In this document: one piece after another, positions 41,803 to 55,288 of the stretch
Position numbering within the stretch: position 1 is the stretch's first letter
How the letters are laid out: the number at the start of each line of letters is the position of its first letter
Source of the DNA: an uncultured Candidatus Binatia bacterium
GTDB taxonomy: Bacteria; Desulfobacterota; Binatia; UBA9968; JAJDTQ01
DNA: 64,000 nt
Assembly: GCA_965215605.1 (NCBI GenBank)
Contig: OZ244070.1
Location: 2,208,001-2,272,000 of the forward strand
Direction of reading: 5' to 3'
The notes under the pieces: model-generated
Database searches by the model: none
Told to the model about the DNA's origin: nothing
What the model saw: only the letters and a program-made list of their open reading frames with translations
Position numbers and translations under genes: made by a program

Positions 41803-42846
41803 ATGGCGCTGTTCATCAAGGCGGAGGAACTCGAGGGCCTCATCTCTATCACCGAGGCCGTGGACGCCGTCGAAAAGGGGTTCGCCTCGCAGGTGGACCA
41901 TCCCATCTTCAGCCTGCCGCGCCAACGGATGCTGGCGGACAACCGCCGCATCACCGTTCATTCCGGAGGGTGCGTCCCCTTGGGCGTGGCCGGCACCTTC
42001 GTTCACTACGAACGACACAACTACACCGCCGATGACCAGAGCTACGGCGCGGTGGGGAAGCGGGTCTACGTCAGCTACGACAGCGAGAACGGCGCGCTGC
42101 TGGCCATCATCGCCGGCTGTCCGCCGTTCTACCGGCGCCAGGCGGCGGAGGACGAGTTCGCCACGGAGACGGCCATCACCAGCGCCGCCGGCACCCGGCG
42201 CATGGCCAGGGAGGACGCCCGGGTGCTGGGGATCCTCGGCACAGGCCGTCAGGCCCGGCGTCATCTGGAGGCCATGTGCGCCATCCGGCCCATCACGGAG
42301 GTCAGGGTCTACAGCCGCAGCGCCGACAACCGCCGCGCCTTCTGCGAGGCCATGCAGCCTCACGTGGACGCGGAGCTCAAACCCGTGGAACGGCCCGAGG
42401 ACGCGGCCCGGAACGTGGACATTGTCGTCTGCGCCACCGGCAGCAACTTTCCCGTGGTCTTCGGGCGGTGGCTGGAGGAGGGGGTCCACGTCACCTCCAT
42501 CGTGGGCAGCAACAAGGAACTGCTCATGGAAGGGCTGGTGAGCCGGCCCCGGCGGGAGCTGGACGACGAGGTGCTGGCCCGGGCGGACGTGATCGTGGCG
42601 ACCCTGGTGCAGCAGGGTATCCAGGACGAGCAGGGCGACCTGCTGGAACCCGTCCGGAACGGGGTCATCGCGTGGGACGACGTCAAGGACCTGAGCGCGC
42701 TGGTGACCGGGAAGGTCCAGGGACGCCGGCGCGACCGCGACATCACCCTCTTCAAGCAGAACAGCGATCAGGGCGTGGGATACATGGCCCTGGCGCGGCT
42801 GGCCCACGACAAGGCCCGGGCGGCCGGCATCGGCATGGAGTTCTGA
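41803..42846 (+). CDS. Ornithine cyclodeaminase/mu-crystallin family protein
   Basis: LGILGTGRQARRHL, VRVYSR, DIVVCATGS, GRRRDRDITLFK. Confidence 0.85.
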   Translation: MALFIKAEELEGLISITEAVDAVEKGFASQVDHPIFSLPRQRMLADNRRITVHSGGCVPLGVAGTFVHYERHNYTADDQSYGAVGKRVYVSYDSENGALLAIIAGCPPFYRRQAAEDEFATETAITSAAGTRRMAREDARVLGILGTGRQARRHLEAMCAIRPITEVRVYSRSADNRRAFCEAMQPHVDAELKPVERPEDAARNVDIVVCATGSNFPVVFGRWLEEGVHVTSIVGSNKELLMEGLVSRPRRELDDEVLARADVIVATLVQQGIQDEQGDLLEPVRNGVIAWDDVKDLSALVTGKVQGRRRDRDITLFKQNSDQGVGYMALARLAHDKARAAGIGMEF

Positions 42847-42974
42847 CGCGGCGGATCTGCACTCTACGCTGCCCCGCGGCATTTTCTATCGTCGTCCGGC
42901 ATGTTATCTCTTGTATCATGCGTTCACGCGCACCGTACACGGCTTGCCGCTCACCAAGGGAAGCGAGGCGCTCG

Positions 42975-43649
42975 ATGCAGAGATTCCTGGTATCACTCGC
43001 CGTCTTGATCCTGTTCACCACGCTGTCCATCGTGCCGTCCGGCGCGGTGGATCGGGAGAAGCTGGAACAAAGAGTCACCAAGGCCCAGTTCGCGTTCCGG
43101 GACTTCCAGAAGGATTCCCGGATGACGTGGTTCCGCGAGAACGTGCGTTACGCCAAGGGGCTGCTGATCATGCCGACCTGGGTGCGGGGCGGGTTCTTCC
43201 TGGGCGGATACGGCGGCAACGGGGTGCTGCTGGCGCAGGATCGGGACGGAAGCTGGAGCCATCCGGCGTTCTATGATGTCCTGGCCGGCTCCTTCGGCCT
43301 CCAATTCGGCATCGCCGGCGGGCAGGTCATCCTCATGATCATGACCGATACGGGTTTGAGAAGGTTCCTGGACGACAAGTTCCAGCTCGGCGCCGACGCC
43401 AGCATCGGCGTGGGCCCGGAGGGCATCGGCGCCAGGGCCGAGCTCTTCGACATCTTCTCGTTCGCCCGTGTCAAGGGGGTGTACGGCGGCCTCACCCTGG
43501 AAGGCGGGGGCGTGATCGTCAACGAGGGCGACAATCGGGCCTACTACGGCGACAGCAAGGTCACGCCGACGGATATCCTGATCCGGAGAAAGGTCAAGAA
43601 CCCGCAGGCCGACGGTCTCATCCGGACCCTCACCGAGGCGACCCGGTAG
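42975..43649 (+). CDS. Lipid-binding SYLF (Ysc84) domain protein
   Basis: Signal peptide; GGFFLGGYGGNGVL, WSHPAFY, GSFGLQFG, KGVYGGLTLEG, NRAYYG. Confidence 0.88.
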   Translation: MQRFLVSLAVLILFTTLSIVPSGAVDREKLEQRVTKAQFAFRDFQKDSRMTWFRENVRYAKGLLIMPTWVRGGFFLGGYGGNGVLLAQDRDGSWSHPAFYDVLAGSFGLQFGIAGGQVILMIMTDTGLRRFLDDKFQLGADASIGVGPEGIGARAELFDIFSFARVKGVYGGLTLEGGGVIVNEGDNRAYYGDSKVTPTDILIRRKVKNPQADGLIRTLTEATR

Positions 43650-43680
43650 CACCGCGCGCCGTGCCGGCGGGAGAGAACGG

Positions 43681-44091
43681 TTAGCCCGCGGGCGAGAACT
43701 TGTAGAGCGTCACCTCCTCGGTGACGTCCTCGAACACCACCTCCACCGGCTGGTCGCACTCGAGCTTGTCCGGCGACTCGTTCACCACGTTGCTCACCAT
43801 CCGCGGCCCTTCATCCAGTTGAATGACCGCGAACACGTAGGGAATCTCGCCCTCGAAGCCCGGGTGGTACACGCGTTGGTAGATGCCGAACGAGTGGATC
43901 CGGCCGCGGCCCGAGGCTTTCTTCCAGTCCCATTCCGTGCTCCAGCAATGCGGGCAGGTGGAACCCGGCGGGAACCAGTACCCCGAGCATTGGCGGCATT
44001 GCGGCAACAGCAGCTCGTGGCGCTTGCAGCCCTCCCAGAAGGGCTCGGACTCGACCGTGGGATAGGGTAACGGCTTGGCGTACTCGCTCAT
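43681..44091 (-). CDS. Zn-ribbon/OB-fold (DUF35) protein
   Basis: PFWEG, CxxC...CxxC, ASGRG, LDEGPRMVSN; coupled to the thiolase gene. Confidence 0.9.
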   Translation of the reverse strand: MSEYAKPLPYPTVESEPFWEGCKRHELLLPQCRQCSGYWFPPGSTCPHCWSTEWDWKKASGRGRIHSFGIYQRVYHPGFEGEIPYVFAVIQLDEGPRMVSNVVNESPDKLECDQPVEVVFEDVTEEVTLYKFSPAG

Positions 44092-45257
44092 GACGCCTCC
44101 CTTGCGAGGATCATGGCGGACTGGCAGGCCGTGTTGCCGCCGTGGCCGCTCACCAGCGCTATCTCGGCGTCCTTCACTTGACGGTCCGGGGTGTGCTCGT
44201 GCCGGATTTGCCGGACGCCCTCGACAATCTGCAGCATGCCTTCGGTGTGCCCTTCAGAAAGCTGCCCGCCCGACGTGTTGGTGGGCATGGCGCCGTCGAG
44301 CAACAAGGCGCCCGAGCCCGCGAAGGGTCCGCCTTCGCCCTTCTTGCAGAAGCCGTAGTCCTCGAGCTGGAGCAGCACCATCTGCGTGAAGCAGTCATAG
44401 AGCTGCGCGGTGTCCACCTCGCCGGGGCCGATGCCGGCCATGCGGTAGGCCGCTTCGCCCGCCTCCTTGGCCCCGGTGGTGAGCATGTTGCTGTCCTCGA
44501 ACCAGCCGCTGAGCCGGTTGCCGAAACCGAACCCCATGACGTAGGCCGGGGGCTGCCGCAGGTCCCGGGCGCGTTCCGCCGAGGTCACCACCACCGCCGC
44601 GGCGCCGTCGATGTAGATGCTGCAGTCGTAGAGGCACAGCGGATCCACGATCATCCGGGCGCTCAGGTACTCCTCGATGGTCAAGGGTTTCTGGAAGAAG
44701 GCGTTGGGGTTCCGGCTCGCGTGGTCGCGGAACGCCACCGCGATGTGCCCCAGCTGCTCCTTGGTGGTGCCGTAGAGCTTCATGTGGCGCCGGGCGGACA
44801 CCGCGTAATTGGACGGGGCGCCGAACCAGCCAAACTCCGGCCCGAACTCCCCCTGGTTCTGAATGCCGATGCTGACCCGCTTGCGCGCGGTTTCGGTGCG
44901 GTGCGTGCGCGACCACGTATCCCGCCCGAACCCCACCACCACCGTGTTGCACAGCCCTGCGTCGATGGCCATGCAGGCCATGGCCACGCCCAGCACCTGG
45001 CTCGCGCCGCCGTTGTCGGTGGAGGTGCTGTAGGTCACGTTCAGGCCCAGCGCCGCCCCCACCCGCTGGTGGTGGCAGTAGACGTCGTCCGGCCCCCTGG
45101 TGACCAACCCGTCCACGTCCGCCTTTGCGAGCCCCGCGTCCGCAATGGCGTTCCGCGCCGCCAGCGCGAACATCCCGATGGGGCCCATCTCCGGCACCTT
45201 GCCGAGCTTGCTGTGCCCCACCCCCACGATGGCATACTTGCCGCGAAGATTGTTCAT
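44088..45257 (-). CDS. Thiolase-family (SCP-x-like) protein
   Basis: AIVGVG, HASRNPNA, DCS...DGAAAVVV, LYDCFT, NTSGGQLSEGH. Confidence 0.9.
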   Translation of the reverse strand: MNNLRGKYAIVGVGHSKLGKVPEMGPIGMFALAARNAIADAGLAKADVDGLVTRGPDDVYCHHQRVGAALGLNVTYSTSTDNGGASQVLGVAMACMAIDAGLCNTVVVGFGRDTWSRTHRTETARKRVSIGIQNQGEFGPEFGWFGAPSNYAVSARRHMKLYGTTKEQLGHIAVAFRDHASRNPNAFFQKPLTIEEYLSARMIVDPLCLYDCSIYIDGAAAVVVTSAERARDLRQPPAYVMGFGFGNRLSGWFEDSNMLTTGAKEAGEAAYRMAGIGPGEVDTAQLYDCFTQMVLLQLEDYGFCKKGEGGPFAGSGALLLDGAMPTNTSGGQLSEGHTEGMLQIVEGVRQIRHEHTPDRQVKDAEIALVSGHGGNTACQSAMILAREAS

Positions 45258-45447
45258 GGAACTCCTCCTGATGGTTCTCCCCACAGGTCCATCGAACCGA
45301 AAGCCACGATACACGAAACGGGCGGTGCGGGCGAGGGTCGTCACCCGAGTCGCGCCGCAAAGCGCATGGCCGTACCACAGTGTCAAATGCTATGAATGGG
45401 CACACTGAATGGAATGCGACTCCATCCGGACTTCTCAAGGGTGTCTG

Positions 45448-49038
<3,591 letters not shown>

Positions 49039-49283
49039 AAGTGAACGGTTTCTGTTGCGTTTTCAAATAGTTGCGTCTGGGCGACTCCTAATCTTCCGGG
49101 CTCTGACTACTAATCAGCGGGTCGCTGACTTCCGATTCGCCGCCTCTTGATTTTCAATCTTCCGCTCTTTGATTCGCACTCGTCATGGCTTATTCTTCCG
49201 GTCATACGACCCGTACAACTGGTATCAGCTACGGAACTCTGCCCAAGGTGATACATGAAACGTGGAGGCGTCGAGGCCGATGA

Positions 49284-49595
49284 GTGAACTTTCTGTTCTT
49301 CGGGGTTGTCGAGAAGACCCTCGTCGTATCCGCGCTGGAGATGAAGAAGGGCAGCGCTGAGGCGAAGGAACTTGCGGCACAACTTCAGGGCGGTGCGAAT
49401 TTCGCGGAAAAGCTCGTTCGTCGTGACCCCGGTCCTTCCAAGGTGTATTTCGTGCCCGTTGCCGTGTATGGCGGCAAACTAAACCGCGCCGAACGGGAGA
49501 GGTTGAAGCAACGTGAATGCAGGGTGGCGTTCCGCGGAGTTCATCACGAGATTCGTCTTGCCCGTTGCGGGAGTCCATTGAACACGCTTCTGTGA
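49284..49595 (+). pseudogene. Hypothetical protein fragment, PD-(D/E)XK-like, probably 5'-truncated
   Basis: FLFFG...ALEMKKG...QLQGGA pattern; in-frame upstream context not evident. Confidence 0.35.
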
Positions 49596-49644
49596 AGTGC
49601 ACGACGTTGTCGAGACGTATGGTACCCCTCATGCCTGCATCGGG

Positions 49645-49860
49645 CACTTTGGCGTAGCGTGTGTAAACCGCCATCCCGGGTCCGATGGCCGCTTGGGCGA
49701 GGTCCACCGGAGCGATGTTGCCGGCCTGGAGGTGGGCCAAGGCGGCGGGGAGTTCGGCCTTGAGCGCGGCGACGAACTCGCGCCGGGTGGCCAAGGGCGC
49801 GTCGTCCGGGCGCCGGCGACAGACCAGGACGATGCTGGAGGCGAGGGCGTTGGTGCCCAT
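49645..49860. repeat. 3' repeat block, near-identical inverted copy of about 56421-56636
   Basis: [14 protein letters not shown]...YAKV in both; terminal 41 bp GCCATCGGACCCGGGATGGCGGTTTACACACGCTACGCCAA identical. Confidence 0.88.
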
Positions 49861-50536
49861 GCCGATCATGCGGTTGGTGAGTTCGGTGCGCATGGGCCAT
49901 GTGCCCGTAACGGCGAAACCCGCACGAATCACGGCGTCAAGAAACGTCTCCCATCCAGTGCTGGCAGTCCCCGCTTCGCCCTTGGTCTCCGACTGCTTGA
50001 AGGCATAGTAGATCGTGCTTGGGAAACTGGGATGTGTATCCTGAGCCAATCGCGTCACGGCGCGCGTCATTCCCTCCATGAAAAAGGTCTCTGCCTTCAC
50101 TTTACTCCCGTGGCGGTATGGAGTGGCCACCAATTCCTCGGCCTTCGGCACAGCCACCGTGGCGAAGAGGCCTGGGAACGTTGATCGCAACGAACGCCGT
50201 AGCCATACGTAGAAAAAATCCGAGAGGTCAGCGTAACCGATGTTGTCGTAGTAGGGTGGATCCGTGGAAACGATTCGGGCAATAGACTGTTCTTGTACCG
50301 CAGCATCCACCAAGGTGGCCGTGCCGACGGAGTTAGGTACAAACGTCAATAAGGGGTCCATGACGCAAGCGGTCGCGGCGTCAACACTTCCCGTTGCCTT
50401 CGCCAAGAAGTTGGGTTCAGCATAATCCCAGACCATAGGGAGAGCTTGTCGCCCGAAGCAGTGTTGAGCTTTTTGTCCGACACCGTTCCACCGGACTAAG
50501 TTGTTGCCCGTCATTGCCAGCCGATCCACCGCGAAA

Positions 50537-50650
50537 GCCAGATACACTCCCACTGCCTCGGAATACGCCCGCGCCCCCGAGCCGCCGTCCCGCAGGGGGC
50601 GGTCGTCGTCAGCCATGGATTGGGCCGCCTCCGCGTAATCGTTTCTGACC
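50537..50650. repeat. 114-bp middle repeat block, inverted copy of 55631-55744
   Basis: GGTCAGAAACGATTACGCGG...GGAGTGTATCTGGC identical. Confidence 0.9.
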
Positions 50651-50992
50651 TGCTCGATGGCACCGCCCACCAAGTCGGAGAAGGTCGTCAAGGCAACCAG
50701 TTGGCGAGCCGTGAAGAGATCGCGCCACATGGTCATGCCATATTCTTGTACGCGGAATCCGAGCGCGCGTTCCGGTAAATTCGTTCCGGGGGTCCACTGC
50801 GGTTCCGCCCCATTCGCGACGGCTTCATGTTCAGGTGTTGGCGCCAAGTAAACCCGACCCCGGTCGCCTTCCGCTACAATCGCCATCAGCCTCCCGCCCA
50901 TGCGCCCGGATTTGGCCTCTGACCGCAGGTACTCGAACGGCAAGGGTGCGTCAGACATGAGGCACAGGAACGGCTTCCCGCTTCCCCCCGAT

Positions 50993-52110
50993 TTCGTCCC
51001 CGTCTTCACCTTCTCCTCATCCTTCGGCCTCCCCACCCTTACCTCGAACCGATACCGCCGTCCCTCAATCACCGGCTCGACATACGCCTCCTTCCCCTTC
51101 TTCGTCGACAACATGAACGTCGACGCCAACGGCACCTCCACCTCCGCATACGCAGGATTCGGACTCCTCACCGTCCGCGCCCACAGCCACGCGATCACCG
51201 TCAACTCCCGCCCCTCGTACCGCTTCAGGTCCGGCCGCTCCCGAACCATCTCCCCGGTCACCTCCACCTTCGGGTACAAATGCCCGATCCGTTTCTCCGC
51301 CTCGTCCCGCATCCACTGCCCGTAGTACCGCACGTCTTCCGCCAGCCCCTGCGCTCCCTTCCACTCCCGCTCCACCAGAGTTCTTTTCCCTGTCCCTCCT
51401 CCACTCCGAACCCCCGGGTTCACAGGCCCCCGCCCCGCAAACCGCGGCGGTATCTCGATCATCGCCTTGTTGATCAACACCGCCACCGGATTCAGATCGC
51501 TCGCGTGCGCCTCCAACCCCAATCGCTGCGCCTCCAATGGCAACGCTCCCCCGCCCGCAAATGGATCGTGAAACCCAGGCAGCTTCTCCCGGTCGTACAA
51601 CTCCTTCGCCCTTGGTTCATCCACGTTCCGCGCACACGCCCGCCGCCAACTCCGCCGTATCTCAGTCCGCGCCCGCTCCAGCACTACCTCGTTCGTCGTG
51701 TTCTCCCACTTCACCAACTCCTCGATCAGCCCGAACAACCGCTCACGCTCCTGCTCCGCCGCCACCCCCTCCAGCGTCGGCTCCGGTCCCATACCCAACT
51801 CCGTGCCCGCCACCGCCCGCTGCCCCTCCCGCTCCACCAGCCGCTCCTTCAATCGCCCCTCCGCCGCCTGCCTCCGGTCCGCGTCCGACAGCAACTCCTC
51901 CACGTACTCCGATGGATCGTCCACCATCTGCGCAAATATTACCGACCGCGCCGCCGCCAACGGTCGCCGCGCCCACCACAAATGCAGCGTGCTCGGATGC
52001 CCGTGCCGAATCGACTTCTCCCGCGCTGACGCCACGTTGATCGCCTCCAACGGCAACGCCACCTCGATCAACTTCTTCGTCTCTTCCATCCCTCCTCCAT
52101 TACCATGAAC
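50993..52110. repeat. 1118-bp inverted repeat (copy of 54171-55288)
   Basis: Boundaries read directly; identical translations in the mirrored sense and antisense ORFs. Confidence 0.93.
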
Positions 52111-52157
52111 TCGGAACAGCCCGATACATCAGCAAACGCACACAATGTCGGCGGCAC

Positions 52158-53153
52158 TTGCCGTGTGGCGGCATCGAAGAACTCCTGAAGCCGCTCGCCG
52201 GTGGCCCCGTTTGTCAAAGGAGACATCTCTTGACCACTCCTCACCTACGACAGTTCCAACTGAAGGAATACGGGTCGTCTTCCTACAGAAGCGCCACCGA
52301 TACCGCTCCCCTGTTCGAGGTCGTTGCCGAAGAGGTCTTTCGCCGCTACGGTCAGCGCTGGAAACCAACCACCGCCACCGTCAATCGTTCGTACCTGCGC
52401 AATCAAATCTTGCCATGGTTCCGGGGCCGGTCCATCGCCTCCATCACGCGCCGTGACGTGCAAGGCTGGCTGGCTTCCCGGTCCGCCACGCCGGCCGCGG
52501 CGAACCGGTCGCTTCCCATCCTTTCGGTGATCATGGGCCAAGCGGAAACGTACGGCTATCGCCCGGTCGAGACCAACCCCTGCGCGGGCGTCCGGCGCTA
52601 TCGACAAAGGGGCCGGGAGCGATTTCTCACCGTGGAGGAACTCCGCCGGCTTGGAGAGACCCTCGCCCAACGGGAATCTTTCGCGACCCTTCCCGCGGCC
52701 ATCGTCCGGTTGCTGTTGCTTACCGGTTGTCGCCAGAGCGAAATCCGGGCGCTCCGTTGGACCGAATACCGCGAAGGACACCTGTTCCTGGGCGACAGCA
52801 AGACCGGGCCGCGGACAGTGTGGTTGTCGGCCGCGGCTCGCGCGGTCCTCGACGACCTGCACCGTACGAGTGCTTGGATATTCCCGGCCGCGAGCGGCAA
52901 TGGTCCGCTGTCCACGGAAACACTGTACGGCTGGTGGCGTCCCGTGCGCGCGGCCGCCGGGCTGCACGACGTCCGGCTGCACGACCTGCGTCACAATTAC
53001 GCCAGCTTCGCCCTGCGCCAAGGTGAAACCGTGTTGACCATCGGGCGCCTTCTTGGGCATCGCGACCCTGCCACCACCTTGAAGTACATCCACTTCGCCG
53101 ACACGCTGGCGCAGGATGCGGTCGCAAAGGTGGGCGGGGTTCTGGCGGGTTGA
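52158..53153 (+). CDS. Tyrosine recombinase/integrase 1
   Basis: LLLLTGCRQSE, DSKTG, HDLRHNYAS, LLGH, TLKY; true start uncertain and no arm-binding domain seen. Confidence 0.9.
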   Translation: MPCGGIEELLKPLAGGPVCQRRHLLTTPHLRQFQLKEYGSSSYRSATDTAPLFEVVAEEVFRRYGQRWKPTTATVNRSYLRNQILPWFRGRSIASITRRDVQGWLASRSATPAAANRSLPILSVIMGQAETYGYRPVETNPCAGVRRYRQRGRERFLTVEELRRLGETLAQRESFATLPAAIVRLLLLTGCRQSEIRALRWTEYREGHLFLGDSKTGPRTVWLSAAARAVLDDLHRTSAWIFPAASGNGPLSTETLYGWWRPVRAAAGLHDVRLHDLRHNYASFALRQGETVLTIGRLLGHRDPATTLKYIHFADTLAQDAVAKVGGVLAG

Positions 53154-53159
53154 CAACAG

Positions 53160-54164
53160 ATGAGTCATCCAGGCGTTGTCGTTTCTGCGTCGTCGAGTGT
53201 CGTTCCCCGTCTTGTCGATTTTGTCTCAGGTCCATGGGCTACGGCATGTTACGATCGCTGCAAGCCATCGACCCGGCAACGGATGGTTTCCGCCCTGCGC
53301 AGGCAGTTGCTCCCGGCCTTCGGCCAGCAGCCCCTCGACGAGATCCTTCCGAACGCAGTGCAGCAATGGTTCGACGAGCACAGCGCCACCGCTCCCGGCG
53401 GCGCCAACCGCACGCTGGACGTACTGCGGCAGATCATGAATCACGCCATTGCATGCGGTCATCTGGAGACCAATCCGACCCGCGGCGTGACCCGCAATCC
53501 ACGCCCCATGTTGAACCGTTTTCTATCCCGGAAGGAAGTTCAGCGACTCCATGCTGTTCTCGATGAGCGCGCGGGCGCTTCCGCTCATCAACGACAGCAG
53601 GCAGACCTGATCCGATTGCTTCTGCTCACGGGTTGCCGGATCGGCGAACTCGTGCGCCTGCGCTGGGAGGACCTGGACGGGGATCGGCTCCGCCTGCCGG
53701 ACAGCAAGACGGGACCGCGAATCGTCTTCCTGAACGGGCAGGCCCACGCCATCCTTGCACGGCAGCCTCACAAGGGTCCGTTCATCTTTCCGTCTCGCAC
53801 ATCGGCATCGCGGCCCCATCCCGTCGACCTGCCCCTCTGGCGTTCCGCCCGCCGCCAGGCGGGGATCACCGATGTTCGGCTTCACGATCTCCGCCACACC
53901 TTCGCAAGCCACGCCGTGCTGCAAGGCGTGCCATTGCCGGTCGTCTCGCGCCTCCTCGGCCACACGCAGACGCGGATGACGCTGCGCTACGCGCACCTGA
54001 GCGACAGGGACGTTGCCGCTGCCGCCGAACGCATCGGACGGGGACTCGAGAGAATCGTGAGCGGTCGTAGGACGACCCGATCCGATCCCGGACAAACCGG
54101 CAACACGGAGGGTGCGGCACAGCCGCCGCGGGGAACGGATCGAAACGGATTAAGTATCGGGTAA
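53160..54164 (+). CDS. Tyrosine recombinase/integrase 2 (paralog of 1)
   Basis: LLLLTGCRIGE, DSKTG, HDLRHTFAS, LLGH, TLRY. Confidence 0.92.
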   Translation: MSHPGVVVSASSSVVPRLVDFVSGPWATACYDRCKPSTRQRMVSALRRQLLPAFGQQPLDEILPNAVQQWFDEHSATAPGGANRTLDVLRQIMNHAIACGHLETNPTRGVTRNPRPMLNRFLSRKEVQRLHAVLDERAGASAHQRQQADLIRLLLLTGCRIGELVRLRWEDLDGDRLRLPDSKTGPRIVFLNGQAHAILARQPHKGPFIFPSRTSASRPHPVDLPLWRSARRQAGITDVRLHDLRHTFASHAVLQGVPLPVVSRLLGHTQTRMTLRYAHLSDRDVAAAAERIGRGLERIVSGRRTTRSDPGQTGNTEGAAQPPRGTDRNGLSIG

Positions 54165-54170
54165 TTGTCG

Positions 54171-55288
54171 GTTCATGGTAATGGAGGAGGGATGGAAGAG
54201 ACGAAGAAGTTGATCGAGGTGGCGTTGCCGTTGGAGGCGATCAACGTGGCGTCAGCGCGGGAGAAGTCGATTCGGCACGGGCATCCGAGCACGCTGCATT
54301 TGTGGTGGGCGCGGCGACCGTTGGCGGCGGCGCGGTCGGTAATATTTGCGCAGATGGTGGACGATCCATCGGAGTACGTGGAGGAGTTGCTGTCGGACGC
54401 GGACCGGAGGCAGGCGGCGGAGGGGCGATTGAAGGAGCGGCTGGTGGAGCGGGAGGGGCAGCGGGCGGTGGCGGGCACGGAGTTGGGTATGGGACCGGAG
54501 CCGACGCTGGAGGGGGTGGCGGCGGAGCAGGAGCGTGAGCGGTTGTTCGGGCTGATCGAGGAGTTGGTGAAGTGGGAGAACACGACGAACGAGGTAGTGC
54601 TGGAGCGGGCGCGGACTGAGATACGGCGGAGTTGGCGGCGGGCGTGTGCGCGGAACGTGGATGAACCAAGGGCGAAGGAGTTGTACGACCGGGAGAAGCT
54701 GCCTGGGTTTCACGATCCATTTGCGGGCGGGGGAGCGTTGCCATTGGAGGCGCAGCGATTGGGGTTGGAGGCGCACGCGAGCGATCTGAATCCGGTGGCG
54801 GTGTTGATCAACAAGGCGATGATCGAGATACCGCCGCGGTTTGCGGGGCGGGGGCCTGTGAACCCGGGGGTTCGGAGTGGAGGAGGGACAGGGAAAAGAA
54901 CTCTGGTGGAGCGGGAGTGGAAGGGAGCGCAGGGGCTGGCGGAAGACGTGCGGTACTACGGGCAGTGGATGCGGGACGAGGCGGAGAAACGGATCGGGCA
55001 TTTGTACCCGAAGGTGGAGGTGACCGGGGAGATGGTTCGGGAGCGGCCGGACCTGAAGCGGTACGAGGGGCGGGAGTTGACGGTGATCGCGTGGCTGTGG
55101 GCGCGGACGGTGAGGAGTCCGAATCCTGCGTATGCGGAGGTGGAGGTGCCGTTGGCGTCGACGTTCATGTTGTCGACGAAGAAGGGGAAGGAGGCGTATG
55201 TCGAGCCGGTGATTGAGGGACGGCGGTATCGGTTCGAGGTAAGGGTGGGGAGGCCGAAGGATGAGGAGAAGGTGAAGACGGGGACGAA
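54171..55288. repeat. 1118-bp inverted repeat (copy of 50993-52110)
   Basis: From GTTCATGGTAATGGAGGAGGGATG to GGTGAAGACGGGGACGAA. Confidence 0.93.

Larger units (their letters stand above)
49636..52089 (-). other. Inverted alternative DUF1156 methyltransferase allele lacking the C-terminal ~180 aa
   Basis: Same start and RBS as 54192; colinear homology up to ...[13 protein letters not shown](P/L)DA, then unrelated read-through to a stop at 49225. Confidence 0.92.

Noticed and set aside
38848-45257. Possible coherent catabolic pathway (LLM, amidohydrolase, hydrolase, OCD, thiolase/DUF35)
   Set aside because: Mixed orientations and generic families; no substrate or shared regulation can be supported from sequence
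49103-49145. Intact tRNA gene
   Set aside because: Only an anticodon-arm-like piece; no D-arm, no GGTTCGAATCC T-loop and no acceptor stem
49225-49635. Apparent novel C-terminal domain of the 954-aa DUF1156 ORF
   Set aside because: Read-through past the homology breakpoint, antisense to another fragment, with non-protein-like composition
51280-52108. Pro/Leu-rich or Gly-rich ORFs (mirrored at 54173-55001)
   Set aside because: By-products of the extreme G/C skew in the DUF1156 repeat; no independent coding signal
52158-54164. Prophage or ICE
   Set aside because: No structural, replication or conjugation genes; the flanks are inverted rather than direct repeats
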